Shown piece after piece: positions 1 through 9,942 of a stretch of DNA of 64,000 bases. The position numbers and the translations under genes are program-made. The notes below the pieces were generated by a model that searched no databases, was not told where the DNA came from, and saw nothing but the letters and a program-made list of their open reading frames with translations. The stretch is from Spirochaetaceae bacterium. GTDB taxonomy: Bacteria > Spirochaetota > Spirochaetia > DSM-2461. Within the stretch, counting starts at the first letter, position 1. Each line of letters starts with the position of its first letter. Where the stretch lies: the NCBI GenBank assembly GCA_965224705.1, contig OZ245056.1:2496001-2560000 (forward strand), in the 5' to 3' direction.

Positions 1-1236
1 CTGATGGGCGTATTTCCGAATCATTCTGGCGTAGTTTTTGGCAGGCTCTTTTGTGGCCCTGTCCATGACCATTTCGATGGCAATCATAAGGCCGATGCCC
101 CTGACTTCCCCAACGATGGAACTGGAAGATTCCAGTTCCTTAAGTCTGGCCGTGGCTTTCGTACCAAGATCGAAGGCTCTTTGAGGAATCTCATTTTCCT
201 TTATCCATTCAATTGCCGCCGTACCCGCGGCAAAGGCAACCATGTTTCCCCGGAAGGTTCCAATGGTTTTTCCGGGGGGCCAGGTATTGTATTTTTCCCG
301 GTAGGCAATGGCAGAGATGGGAAAACCAACACCGCCCATGGCTTTACTGATGGTGACAACATCGGGAACGATGTCGAAATGCTCAAAGGCAAACATCTTC
401 CCTGTTCGTCCGATGCCGGCCTGAATTTCATCGCAGATCATGAGAATATCATGTTTATCACAGATCTCTCTGACTCTTTTCATAAACCGGGTGGTGGGAA
501 TGATGGTTCCCCCCTCGCCCTGTACTGATTCAAGGATAACCGCCGCAGGCCTGGAGTAACCGGAGTGGGAATCGGAGAGGACACGTTCCAGGTTTTCGGC
601 GGCCTGGAGGTCAACATTTTCATCGGGACAGCCAAAGGGATTGCGATAGACATAGGGATAGGGAATGAACTGAATCCCGGGAACAAGCTGACCCAGACCA
701 TCACGGTGACTGGAATCAGTGGTCAATGCCAGAGATGTTCCGGTCATACCGTGGTAGGCACCTTCAAAGGCGATGATTCCATTTCTCCCTGTGTACCATC
801 TGGCCAGTTTAATCGCCTGTTCTACCGCATCTGAGCCCGTGGGTCCGCCAAAAAAGAGACGAGTCAGTTCAGGGGGGAGGTTGGCTTTGAGAACCTCCAC
901 CATCTTTCGGCGGGCAGTGGTGGGTATGTCCAGCGTATGGGTTATCTCATCAATCTGCCGATGAGCGGCTGCCAGTACATCGGGATGGCCATGTCCCACT
1001 GCCATGACTCCAGCTCCTCCGAACAAGTCGATGAAGATGTTCCCATCGACATCTTTCAAGGTGGCTCCCTTACCGCTTTGAAGGGCCATGGGCATTCCTT
1101 TTGAATAGGATACGGCAGAACTCTCATTTCTGTTCTGATACTCCAGAATCTCTCTTGATTGTTTTCCCGGGGGGATTTCGTGGATTACCGGCGCATTTTC
1201 CCAGGATAGTTTTGCCAATTCTTTTTCGCTAATCAT
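1..1236 (-). CDS. Class III PLP-dependent aminotransferase (GabT/EctB-like); runs off the left edge of the window
   Basis: Not in the ORF track; translated by hand from ATG 1236 (SD GGAGG upstream): MISEKELAKL...DVDGNIFIDLFGGAGVMAVGHGHP...GPTGSDAVEQAIK...FEGAYHG...ESVQGEGG...DEIQAGIGRTG...PDVVTISKAMGG (PLP lysine)...TFRGN. Confidence 0.9.
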   Translation of the reverse strand, partial: MISEKELAKLSWENAPVIHEIPPGKQSREILEYQNRNESSAVSYSKGMPMALQSGKGATLKDVDGNIFIDLFGGAGVMAVGHGHPDVLAAAHRQIDEITHTLDIPTTARRKMVEVLKANLPPELTRLFFGGPTGSDAVEQAIKLARWYTGRNGIIAFEGAYHGMTGTSLALTTDSSHRDGLGQLVPGIQFIPYPYVYRNPFGCPDENVDLQAAENLERVLSDSHSGYSRPAAVILESVQGEGGTIIPTTRFMKRVREICDKHDILMICDEIQAGIGRTGKMFAFEHFDIVPDVVTISKAMGGVGFPISAIAYREKYNTWPPGKTIGTFRGNMVAFAAGTAAIEWIKENEIPQRAFDLGTKATARLKELESSSSIVGEVRGIGLMIAIEMVMDRATKEPAKNYARMIRKYAHQ

Positions 1237-1336
1237 CTGATTAACCTCCGTTGATTATTATTACCTATCTCTCAGCGGCTGAACCCTTCGAGGGGTATAC
1301 GATGTCGTTTGGCGAAATTCTCTTCGCCGGGAAGAA

Positions 1337-2131
1337 CTATTGGTTCTCCCCCCTTCCCAGCAGTTTCGATATTCTATTTGCCGCCTCCATGACGGGTTGT
1401 GAAAGCTCTTTGATTCGATCCTCAGTTAACCGCATGGCTGGACCGGAAGTCGAAATGGTGGCTACTATCTCATTGCGGAAGTTGAATATAGGTGCCGCCA
1501 CACTGTTGAGTTCCTCACCAAATTCTCCAATTTCTGCGGCGTATCCATTCTGTCTCACCTCTTCCAGAGCTGACCGGAACTGTTTTTTGTCGACAATTGT
1601 TTTAGTTGATACCTGTTCCATCGGAAGTTCATCCAGAAGAGCTTCACACTCTTCCCTATCCATGAAGGCAAGTATCGTCTTTCCAGAGGCGCAGCTGTTA
1701 ATTGGATAGGAATAGGTCACATCAGGATTAAGGACAAGATGATGAGTGCTTCTTACCTCATCAATGGCAATTATCATACTCTCAGCCATAACATTGACAT
1801 AAATATTCTCACCTGCAATCTTCTCCAATTGCAGCATCACCGGTTTTGCCACATTGCGAAGGTTTCGGCTGATGGGCACGGAACTTCCCAATTGAAAGAC
1901 CTTGAAGGTAAGACAGTATCCCCGTTCAGTCTTTTCCACATAGCCTGTCTTCGTGAATGTTGCTAGAAATCGGTGCACATTGGTCCGGGTAAATCCAAGT
2001 CCCTTAACCATGGCCGATGGTTGAACGGGCTGATGAGAGCCTATGAACTCCAGCAGGTCAAGCCCCTTGATAATGGTTGTGGAAAGGGCATATGTACCAA
2101 TATTTGTACGCACGTTACAATCTTGAGACAT
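1337..2131 (-). CDS. IclR family transcriptional regulator
   Basis: N-terminal wHTH (TIIKGLDLLE...RTNVHRFLAT); effector domain with CASGKTILAF, GYAAEIGE, SVAAPIF, ISTSGP. Confidence 0.92.
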   Translation of the reverse strand: MSQDCNVRTNIGTYALSTTIIKGLDLLEFIGSHQPVQPSAMVKGLGFTRTNVHRFLATFTKTGYVEKTERGYCLTFKVFQLGSSVPISRNLRNVAKPVMLQLEKIAGENIYVNVMAESMIIAIDEVRSTHHLVLNPDVTYSYPINSCASGKTILAFMDREECEALLDELPMEQVSTKTIVDKKQFRSALEEVRQNGYAAEIGEFGEELNSVAAPIFNFRNEIVATISTSGPAMRLTEDRIKELSQPVMEAANRISKLLGRGENQ

Positions 2132-2400
2132 AAATTATATATAACCCTTACTCTTAAAAATGTCAATACAGATCTTTAATAATTTTTCTTTTTGTTAATA
2201 TACATCCATCGTCCACCTGGAAGAAGGTAAACAAATCCATGAAACCTGTGTGAAATTGATTCAGGGGAGTTTCAATTGATTCCAGATATTGGCGAATTGG
2301 CGGAAAGACCTGGCAAAGGCCCCGGAGCTATCCAGAGGAAGTTTAAACGTAATCTGGTTTTGTGATTGACTTTTATTCTAATCCAATGTACATCTTACCT

Positions 2401-2618
2401 GGCGTCAGAAAGCTTGTAGAGGTCTGATTTTGATTAAACCAGGAAGGATAGAGTTTTCTCATGGTACAGCTGATTTTTTCTGATTATGGTTGTGATGAGA
2501 CGAATGGCAGTTTTCAGCATGGAGAGTTTTCTTCGAGAGTTTCGTCGTAAATACTTTCTTCATAAAGTATTATTTCTTTAGTGGAATGCTCGTCTCATAC
2601 AACAAGCTTCAGAACGCT
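2401..2618. mobile_element. Degenerate MITE related to the IS at 21019-22275
   Basis: Left end GGCGTCAGAAAGCTTGT and right end ACAAGCTTCAGAACGCT resemble the IS terminal repeats (AGTGTCAGAAAGCTTGT); no coding capacity. Confidence 0.55.
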
Positions 2619-2841
2619 GGTAAATTCAATTTCCTGATGGGTTCCCTGTGCCGTTTTTGACATCGGGATAGAAGAACCTGTACTGAAGGAAGTATGTGGT
2701 TGTTTGGCAGGCTGCCGGAGTATGCATTGGAATGCACTGCGATTGATGCAGGAGCACCCGAGAGTATTTCAAGTACAGTTGATCGCCGTATGACGGTTAA
2801 AGACTGGTCCCGTAACAACCCCTGGACAGGAGAGCCATCCC

Positions 2842-4095
2842 ATGAAACCCACTCGATTCGCAGAACGATTTACAAAGAAAACCGGTATTGGTGCATTGAT
2901 GGAAGATCTTGGTCAGGCAATGCAGGGCCATATCGACATGCATATGCTTGGCGGCGGGAATCCAGCTCACATCCCGGAAGTTAATGCGATCTGGCGTCGT
3001 CGTATTCAGGAAATTCTTGTCAATGGTGCCGAATTGGAAGAAACTCTGTCCAACTATGATACGCCTCAGGGAAAGAAGGTCTTTCTGGAATCCCTGGCTG
3101 ATCTCATGAATTCCGAATTTGGCTGGGAATTGAAAACAGACAATATAGCTGTTACCAACGGCAGTCAAATTGCCTCCTACATCCTTTTCAATATACTTTC
3201 CGGCCCGAGAAGTGATAATGGAATGAATCGCATCCTTTTTCCTCTCTGTCCGGAGTACATCGGATATGCCGATCAGACATCTGAATCCAAAGCCCTGGCC
3301 GCCCAACCTGCCGCATTGGAATACACACGGGAAAACTTCTTTAAGTATCATGTAGATTTCAACCACCTGGAAGTTGGAGAAGACATTTCAGCCCTGTGTG
3401 TATCCCGGCCGACCAATCCAACGGGCAATGTTCTCACCGATGAGGAAATTATCCATCTATCTCAAATCGCCTCTGCTAAGGATATTCCTCTTATTATTGA
3501 TAATGCTTATGGAGCACCCTTTCCACAAATTCTTTTTAAGGACATTAAGCCCTACTGGGACGAACACATCATTTTGAGTATGACTCTTTCAAAACTGGGA
3601 CTCCCATCGGTTCGGACCGGTATTGTTATTGCCTCAGAGGAAATAATAGCTGCTCTCTCGGCATGTAATGCTGTGTTGAGCCTCAGTAACGGCTCCTTTG
3701 GGCAGGTACTGGTGAAGCCTCTCATTGATTCCGGGGATATTCTTACCCTCTCCCGGGATGTCATTCGTCCGTTTTACCAGAAAAGATCCAGCCTTGCTGT
3801 TGAAGCATTGCAGGAAGCCTTTGGCGATAATATTCCGTATCGAATACATGAGCCCGAAGGGTCTATTTTTCTCTGGCTCTGGATTCCTGATCTTCCCATA
3901 AGCTCGGAAGAACTCTACGACCGCCTGAAACGCAGGGGCGTTCTTGTTGTGAGCGGCCATTATTTCTTCTATGGCCTGGAGAAGCCATGGCCTCATGCTC
4001 ATGAATGCCTGCGGCTGTCCTACGCCCAGGATCCAGACCGATTCAGGGAAGCAGTTGTGATCATCGCTGATGAAGTGCGCAAAGTGATGAATTAA
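2842..4095 (+). CDS. avtA: Valine--pyruvate aminotransferase
   Basis: GIGALMEDL, MLGGGNPAHIP, CVSRPTNPTGNV, IIDNAYG, TLSKLGLPSVRTG are characteristic AvtA motifs. Confidence 0.9.
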   Translation: MKPTRFAERFTKKTGIGALMEDLGQAMQGHIDMHMLGGGNPAHIPEVNAIWRRRIQEILVNGAELEETLSNYDTPQGKKVFLESLADLMNSEFGWELKTDNIAVTNGSQIASYILFNILSGPRSDNGMNRILFPLCPEYIGYADQTSESKALAAQPAALEYTRENFFKYHVDFNHLEVGEDISALCVSRPTNPTGNVLTDEEIIHLSQIASAKDIPLIIDNAYGAPFPQILFKDIKPYWDEHIILSMTLSKLGLPSVRTGIVIASEEIIAALSACNAVLSLSNGSFGQVLVKPLIDSGDILTLSRDVIRPFYQKRSSLAVEALQEAFGDNIPYRIHEPEGSIFLWLWIPDLPISSEELYDRLKRRGVLVVSGHYFFYGLEKPWPHAHECLRLSYAQDPDRFREAVVIIADEVRKVMN

Positions 4096-4184
4096 AGAAA
4101 GAAGTTCGTCACCTGATCATCCCTGCAGCCCCTACACTCTGATCCGCAATCAATTGTATTATATCTCATGGAAAGATATTGGCC

Positions 4185-5645
4185 ATGACATTGCTCTGGT
4201 ATGATCTGGAAACATTTGGCTTCCATTCCCGTTATGACAGAATTGCCCAATTTGCGGCCATACGGACCGATGAAAATCTCAAACAACTGGAAGACCCTGT
4301 GGTGTACTATGGCAAACTCAGCCCCGATTATCTTCCCGATCCCATGTCATGTCTGCTCACCGGCATCACACCCCAGGAAACCAATGCAAGGGGGGTGATT
4401 GAAGTTGAACTCATACGGGCAATTGACGGGCAGTTTTCCAGACCTGGAACCTGCGTTCTTGGATACAACAGCATTGCCTTTGATGATGAATTCATCCGCA
4501 ATCTTTACTACAGAAATTTCTATGATCCCTACAGGCGTGAGTGGGCCAACGGCAATTCCAGATGGGACATCCTGAATCTGGCTCGAGCCACAAGAGACTT
4601 AAGACCCGAAGGCATAAACTGGCCGATTAACGAAGAAGGCAGACCCTCGGTTAAACTGGAACTGCTGGCTGAGGCGAACAACTTGCTCCATGAGTATGCC
4701 CACGATGCCTTGTCCGATGTCCAGGCCACTATAGCTGTTGCAAACCTGATCAAAGTGAAACAGCCTAAACTCTTCAAATGGGCGTGGCAGCATCGAACCA
4801 GAAATCAGGCTCGCACCCTTATAAATCTGGAAGACCGCACTCCACTGATTCATACTTCAGAAGTGCATTACAGCCGTAAGGGCTATACAACCCTGGTCTG
4901 TCCTCTTATCACCGATCCTGAGTTGAGAAACACAATTTACGCCTTCGACCTCCGCTCCGATCCAGAGCCCATGCTTGAGCTTCCCGAAGATGAAATTCGC
5001 CATCGCATCTTCACTCCAACACAGGAACTGGAGGCCGAAGGTATAACTCGTATCCCTCTCAAAGGAATTCATATGAACAAGGCACCATTTCTTGCGCCCC
5101 GTTCTGTTCTTGATCACAACATGGCCAGTCGGCTGGGTATTGATCCTGTTCTGGCCGAAGAACGCTGGAAGAGAATCAAGGGTGACCTTCACATTGCTGG
5201 AAAACTCAGAAGAGTGTTTTCCAGAGGACAGGATTGGGGATCCATCGATGACCCGGACTTTCAAATTTATGATAGATTCTTCCCCGATGAAGATAAGGAG
5301 GTGCTGGCCGAAATCCGGGAAGCATCTCCGGAAAAACTCATGCAGTTGAACCCGGGGGCCAGGGATTCGCGAATACCGGAAATGCTTCGCCGATACATTG
5401 GTCGAAACTACCCCGATCACCTGGATGATGAAACAAGCCGCAGGTGGAAGAGTTTCTGTGCTTCACGCATCCTTTTTCCTCCTGTCCCCGGTGTATCAGA
5501 CCTGGGTGAATATCGGAAACGAATTATGGCATGGATGGAAAATGACAACCTGGAAGCAGAGAAGAAGCCCATTCTCAAATCCCTGCAGGAATATGGAGAT
5601 ATGCTGGAGCAGGAACTGCTTGGCCTGGATATGGAGATATCATGA
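4185..5645 (+). CDS. sbcB: Exodeoxyribonuclease I
   Basis: DEDDh motifs WYDLETFG, GYNSIAFDDE, HDALSDV; RPEGINWP; IHMNKAPFLAP. Confidence 0.92.
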   Translation: MTLLWYDLETFGFHSRYDRIAQFAAIRTDENLKQLEDPVVYYGKLSPDYLPDPMSCLLTGITPQETNARGVIEVELIRAIDGQFSRPGTCVLGYNSIAFDDEFIRNLYYRNFYDPYRREWANGNSRWDILNLARATRDLRPEGINWPINEEGRPSVKLELLAEANNLLHEYAHDALSDVQATIAVANLIKVKQPKLFKWAWQHRTRNQARTLINLEDRTPLIHTSEVHYSRKGYTTLVCPLITDPELRNTIYAFDLRSDPEPMLELPEDEIRHRIFTPTQELEAEGITRIPLKGIHMNKAPFLAPRSVLDHNMASRLGIDPVLAEERWKRIKGDLHIAGKLRRVFSRGQDWGSIDDPDFQIYDRFFPDEDKEVLAEIREASPEKLMQLNPGARDSRIPEMLRRYIGRNYPDHLDDETSRRWKSFCASRILFPPVPGVSDLGEYRKRIMAWMENDNLEAEKKPILKSLQEYGDMLEQELLGLDMEIS

Positions 5646-6559
5646 CCCCGGATTTAAAAAATTCTCTGGTTATTGGTATTTCTTCCCGAGCTCTTTTCGA
5701 TCTTGAAAAGGAAAATCGCATCTTTGAAGAGGAGGGACTGGAAGCCTATTCCAGATTTCAGCAGGAAAATGAAGGCCGAATCCTGGAGCCCGGCACGGCA
5801 TTCCCATTGATTGATGCCCTCTTGAAGCTCAATGAAAAAATCGGAGAGCATCTGGTTGAGGTCGTTATCATGAGTCAGAATAATCCTCAGACAGGACTTC
5901 GTGTCATGCATTCTGTTGACTTCCATAATCTGGATATTACCCGTGCAGCATTCTCTGGCGGTGCCCCCATTGGTCCAAACCTGGCAGCCTTCAGTGTTGA
6001 TCTTTTTCTATCCAAAAACTTTGACGATGTCCAGGATGCCGCAGATCAAGGAGTGGCCGCCGCCCAGCTTTATTCTCCTCCTGCAGCATTCAATCCGGAT
6101 ACCGATGAAATTCGTATTGCCTTTGATGGAGATGCGGTTTTATTCAGTGAAGAAGCGGAAGTTCTCTTCAAACAGCAGGGATTGGATGCCTTTCTTGAAA
6201 ATGAGACAGTCTTTGCGAAGAGCCCTTTACCTGAAGGACCGTTTGGCCGGGTACTGCAGACACTTTCCCGTATCAAAAAAGCTTCCAGTGAACCGTTGGT
6301 TCGAATTGCTCTGGTAACTGCCCGAAACAGACCGGCACATGAGAGGGTCATACTTACCCTGCGAGGCTGGGGTGTGAATGTTGATGAGGCCTATTTCCTT
6401 GGAGGATTGTCCAAGGATCAGATTCTCAAGGCTTTCAATGCCCACATTTACTTTGATGATCAGGACCAGTATGCGCGATCGGTCTCTCACCATGTGCCGT
6501 CAGGTAGGGTTCCTTACAAACGGACATCTCCACTCTACAAACCAGGATCTGATACCTGA
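5642..6559 (+). CDS. 5'-nucleotidase (cN-I / PF06189-like family)
   Basis: LVIGISSRALFDL, IRIAFDGDAVLFS, GPFG, LVTARN, YFDDQ. Confidence 0.88.
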   Translation: MTPDLKNSLVIGISSRALFDLEKENRIFEEEGLEAYSRFQQENEGRILEPGTAFPLIDALLKLNEKIGEHLVEVVIMSQNNPQTGLRVMHSVDFHNLDITRAAFSGGAPIGPNLAAFSVDLFLSKNFDDVQDAADQGVAAAQLYSPPAAFNPDTDEIRIAFDGDAVLFSEEAEVLFKQQGLDAFLENETVFAKSPLPEGPFGRVLQTLSRIKKASSEPLVRIALVTARNRPAHERVILTLRGWGVNVDEAYFLGGLSKDQILKAFNAHIYFDDQDQYARSVSHHVPSGRVPYKRTSPLYKPGSDT

Positions 6560-6633
6560 GGAGTCTGTCTCTGTGCGGGCTTGATACGCTTCTCTTATAT
6601 CCACTATCATGTTTGAGGGAGTTTTATTGATAA

Positions 6634-7113
6634 ATGACAGGATATGTAAAACATCTCTCGATGATAATAATACCAGCTTTGCTTTCATCCTGCGTCAGTG
6701 CAGTTGATACCCTTGATCCCACATGGTCACCGGATATTTTTTTCAAAAACGCTCAGGAAGCCTCAGGTGACAGTCGGTACAAAGATGCCCTGTTTTATTA
6801 TGATGTATTTCTTATTCGATATCCTGAAAGCATTCCAAGAAGAATAGCTGCAAGATATGAACAGGCGTTTATTCATTACAAAATGGGCAGAATCAAAGTA
6901 GCTGAAGCACAATTCAATGCAATACTGAAAGAATATGACGAGAATCCCTTTGCCGCTCTCTTCCCTCCGCGCTTCAAGCAGTTATGCATAATCGGCTTGA
7001 AGAATATTGAGCGCAACAGGGCTTTGAACAATAAACTCTTCTGGCGCATGAATGAAAAACGATGGGCTGAAGAGCATAATGAGGAATTGACCGATATTTC
7101 AAATGAGCCGTAA
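6634..7113 (+). CDS. TPR lipoprotein, BamD-like
   Basis: Lipobox LLSSC; TPR helices (ALFYYDVFLIRYP, ARYEQAFIHYK). Confidence 0.65.
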   Translation: MTGYVKHLSMIIIPALLSSCVSAVDTLDPTWSPDIFFKNAQEASGDSRYKDALFYYDVFLIRYPESIPRRIAARYEQAFIHYKMGRIKVAEAQFNAILKEYDENPFAALFPPRFKQLCIIGLKNIERNRALNNKLFWRMNEKRWAEEHNEELTDISNEP

Positions 7114-7291
7114 CATCCTGTTGGCACCGCATGCTGCCATGCCTCGTCATTTCATGGGCGAACTGTGTGGTCATGACGTGAGTATGGTCAAACAACCTTC
7201 CGTTTTACCTGAAGTTTCTCCCTATTCTGAATGGTGGATCTCAGCCGGATTTCCTGAAAACACAGGTTTCTAATAAAAAGCAGTCCCCGGG

Positions 7292-7322
7292 TATAGACAA
7301 ATTGTTGTCTATATTGTATTCT
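7292..7322 (+). promoter_or_regulatory. Putative sigma70 promoter with overlapping palindromic operator upstream of the RRM gene
   Basis: TAGACA-17 nt-TATTCT; perfect inverted repeat TATAGACAA-attg-TTGTCTATA at 7292-7313. Confidence 0.5.
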
Positions 7323-7494
7323 GTACAGACTGTAAGATTGGTAACGTTCCAATCTGGCCGTTGCACACGTGTTAGCACGAGCGATAAGTGATGTCGATGC
7401 CTCCTGTTCTGTGGCCTTGCCCTCTATCCTTTCTTTCCGTAACAACGTTTAAGATGAACAGCCACTTACGGGTTAAAGTACTCAGGAGAGAAAA

Positions 7495-7767
7495 ATGCCC
7501 AAAAAACTCTATGTCGGGAATCTCAGTTATTCCATTGATGATCAGGAACTTGAAAATTTGTTCAGTCAGCATGGTCAGGTGACCAGTGCCAGAGTTATCA
7601 TCGACCGATATGACAATCGATCCAAAGGATTTGGTTTTGTAGAAATGGAGGATGAAGCTGCGGCCGATTCCGCTGTCGAGTCCCTTAATGGTCAGGACCA
7701 TATGGGACGTCAATTAAAAGTCAGTGTAGCACGCGAGAGAACAGATCGTCCTCGCAAGGCTTATTGA
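7495..7767 (+). CDS. RRM (RNP-1) RNA-binding protein
   Basis: RNP2 KLYVGNLS and RNP1 KGFGFVEM; SD AGGAG. Confidence 0.95.
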   Translation: MPKKLYVGNLSYSIDDQELENLFSQHGQVTSARVIIDRYDNRSKGFGFVEMEDEAAADSAVESLNGQDHMGRQLKVSVARERTDRPRKAY

Positions 7768-7939
7768 TCAGCAGGGCTGTATCAATAAGAGTATCTGGTT
7801 CAAGTACAGGGGGAATGGGTTTTGTGAGCAAAGCGTAATTAATCTGCTATGCATTACAGATTCCTGCTCAACCATGCGTCCGAACCAGAGACGATTACTG
7901 ATGCAGCCATTTCACGCATAACATCAACAGGGGGATTCT

Positions 7940-8158
7940 TTGGCACGCAGTCACTATACTTACGAGAAACGTCAGATTGAACTAAAAAAGAAAAAGAAGC
8001 GTGAAGAGAAACTTCTTAAAAAGAAGGGAGGGGTGACGGAACCCACTGATGATGCAGCCGAATATCTGGCAATGCTCCGGGGAGAACCATTTAACAGCGA
8101 TGAAGATGATCAGGACAGCGCAGAACACCCGAGGGGTACTGAACCTGAAAGCAGATAA
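7940..8158 (+). CDS. Small basic/acidic hypothetical protein
   Basis: SD GGGGA and TTG start; YEKRQIELKKKKKREEK basic N-terminus with acidic tail. Confidence 0.6.
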   Translation: MARSHYTYEKRQIELKKKKKREEKLLKKKGGVTEPTDDAAEYLAMLRGEPFNSDEDDQDSAEHPRGTEPESR

Positions 8159-8202
8159 CACATCGCATTCAGTTAATTCAACTGTGTTTCAGATATGGTC
8201 AA

Positions 8203-8697
8203 ATGAGTGGTGTGGATTCCACTATGAACAAAAGAAATATAATTAGAGAAGAGATCAATGAAGCCCAGCATAAATGGGCAGACAACGTCATTGAACTGGG
8301 AAAACTTATCAAAACCCCGGCTGCTTTGGTACAGAAAGCAGAAGAATTCCTGGATAACCTGTATTCATTCAGAGAAGGACAGGTTTTATTTAAGCCAACC
8401 AGGGCCTCAGCGCATCCTTTCAGGCTCACCAGAGAATCAGCACTGTCCTATTTCATTGGGGGAAACTCTACTTTCAGCGAAGATACAGGTTTCGTTCTCA
8501 GGCCGTGGAAATCAGTACAATTTGATAATGCAGGCATATACTGCAATGGTGCAACTGCCATGGCAATGGGTCATTACACTTTTACGAGCATGGAAGAAGA
8601 GACTTTGCTGGCTGAATACTCCTTTGGATATGTACAGGACGAGGATGGCCTGCTGAGGATTGTACTTCATCACTCATCCATTCCATTCCATTCATAA
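8203..8697 (+). CDS. COG4337/SnoaL-fold protein, probable iota-class carbonic anhydrase
   Basis: VLFKPT, ALSYFIGG, EDTGF...PW, AMGHYTF, EYSFGY and C-terminal LHHSS motif. Confidence 0.75.
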   Translation: MSGVDSTMNKRNIIREEINEAQHKWADNVIELGKLIKTPAALVQKAEEFLDNLYSFREGQVLFKPTRASAHPFRLTRESALSYFIGGNSTFSEDTGFVLRPWKSVQFDNAGIYCNGATAMAMGHYTFTSMEEETLLAEYSFGYVQDEDGLLRIVLHHSSIPFHS

Positions 8698-8806
8698 TTC
8701 ACAAATATACACCGATTGACTGTGCCGAGACGTCCATCTTAACAGCAATCCTTGAATCAGTCTGGATTACTTGTTGCTTCTCAGATATAATGAACCATCT
8801 GTCATG

Positions 8807-8852
8807 GAGTCTGTCGGATTTTAAGGCTTCGAGGCGGAAGTCCGACAGACTC
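8807..8852. mobile_element. MITE family A, minimal copy (46 bp)
   Basis: GAGTCTGTCGGA...TCCGACAGACTC terminal inverted repeats with no core. Confidence 0.8.
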
Positions 8853-8886
8853 CATATCTGACGGATCCATAATGGAGGAGAAAATA

Positions 8887-9891
8887 ATGGCTGATCTAAA
8901 GACTTCTTACATGGGCATAGCACTTGAAAACCCAATTATTGCTGGTGCCTCTGAACTCACTGGACATATGGATTCAATCAAGAAGATTGAAGACTCAGGA
9001 GCAGGTGCCCTGATAATAAAGAGCTTGTTTGAAGAGCAAATACAGCTTGAAAGAGCTCGTTTCGAGGAAGAGCAGGGGCAATACAGCGGTTTTAACGCAG
9101 AAATGTCCAGCCTTTATCCGGAGATGGAACATTCTGGTCCCGATACCCATTTGATGTGGGTTCGAAAAGCCAGAGAAGCAGTGTCCATTCCTGTTTTTGC
9201 AAGTTTGAATGCAGTTAACAAAGACACCTGGACAGAATGGGCCGTAAAACTCCAGGAAACAGGAGTTGACGGGTTGGAACTGAATTTCTTTGCCAATCCT
9301 GAACAACAGGCGGACAACAGTGCTTCCATAGAGCAGGAACAGCTGGAAGTTGTACAGGCAGTACTGAAAAGTGTAAAAATACCTGTTGCTATAAAAATGA
9401 GTTTGTTTTACACAACTCCGATAACTGTTGCCAGAAAATTTTCTGATGCAGGAGCACAGGGATTGGTATTATTCAACAAGTTTTTCCAACCGGACATAGA
9501 TGTTGAGAAAGAAACAAACACCCTGCCCTTGAATCTAAGTACTTCAACGGCCAATCGTCTGCCTCTGCGATATGCAGGTCTGCTTTACGGCAATGTAAAC
9601 GCCTGTATCTGTGCTTCAAGCGGGATAATGGATGGCCTGGATGTCGCAAAAATGCTTCTGGCAGGTGCCGATGTAGTTCAGGTTGTCAGCACTCTCTACA
9701 AGAATAGAATTACTCAATTGGGCCGCCTTGTTTCAGATTTGAGCAACTGGATGGATGCCAAAGGGTATGAGAATATAAACGCTTTCAAAGGAAAGATGAG
9801 CAGACAGAAATCCGATGATCCATGGGTGTATAAACGGGCTCAATATGCAAAACTGCTGATGAAACCAAACCCGATGGGAATAATCCGATAA
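8887..9891 (+). CDS. Dihydroorotate dehydrogenase-like flavoprotein (DHOD-like family)
   Basis: DLKTSYMGIALENPIIAGAS, KSLFEEQI, DGLELN, LFNKFFQPDID, KMLLAGADVVQVVS. Confidence 0.85.
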   Translation: MADLKTSYMGIALENPIIAGASELTGHMDSIKKIEDSGAGALIIKSLFEEQIQLERARFEEEQGQYSGFNAEMSSLYPEMEHSGPDTHLMWVRKAREAVSIPVFASLNAVNKDTWTEWAVKLQETGVDGLELNFFANPEQQADNSASIEQEQLEVVQAVLKSVKIPVAIKMSLFYTTPITVARKFSDAGAQGLVLFNKFFQPDIDVEKETNTLPLNLSTSTANRLPLRYAGLLYGNVNACICASSGIMDGLDVAKMLLAGADVVQVVSTLYKNRITQLGRLVSDLSNWMDAKGYENINAFKGKMSRQKSDDPWVYKRAQYAKLLMKPNPMGIIR

Positions 9892-9942
9892 TTTTTCTCA
9901 TTTCATGATTGTTTCAGTACAGGAGATATTCAGTTTATCTAA

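Noticed and set aside
4..964. Plus-strand ORFs at the window start
   Set aside because: Antisense to the minus-strand aminotransferase, which the ORF track missed because it lacks a stop inside the window
2200..2355. Possible IS30 transposase N-terminal remnant (ELAERPGKGPGAIQRKFKRN)
   Set aside because: Only a short, frameshifted HTH-like resemblance; too weak to call without a search
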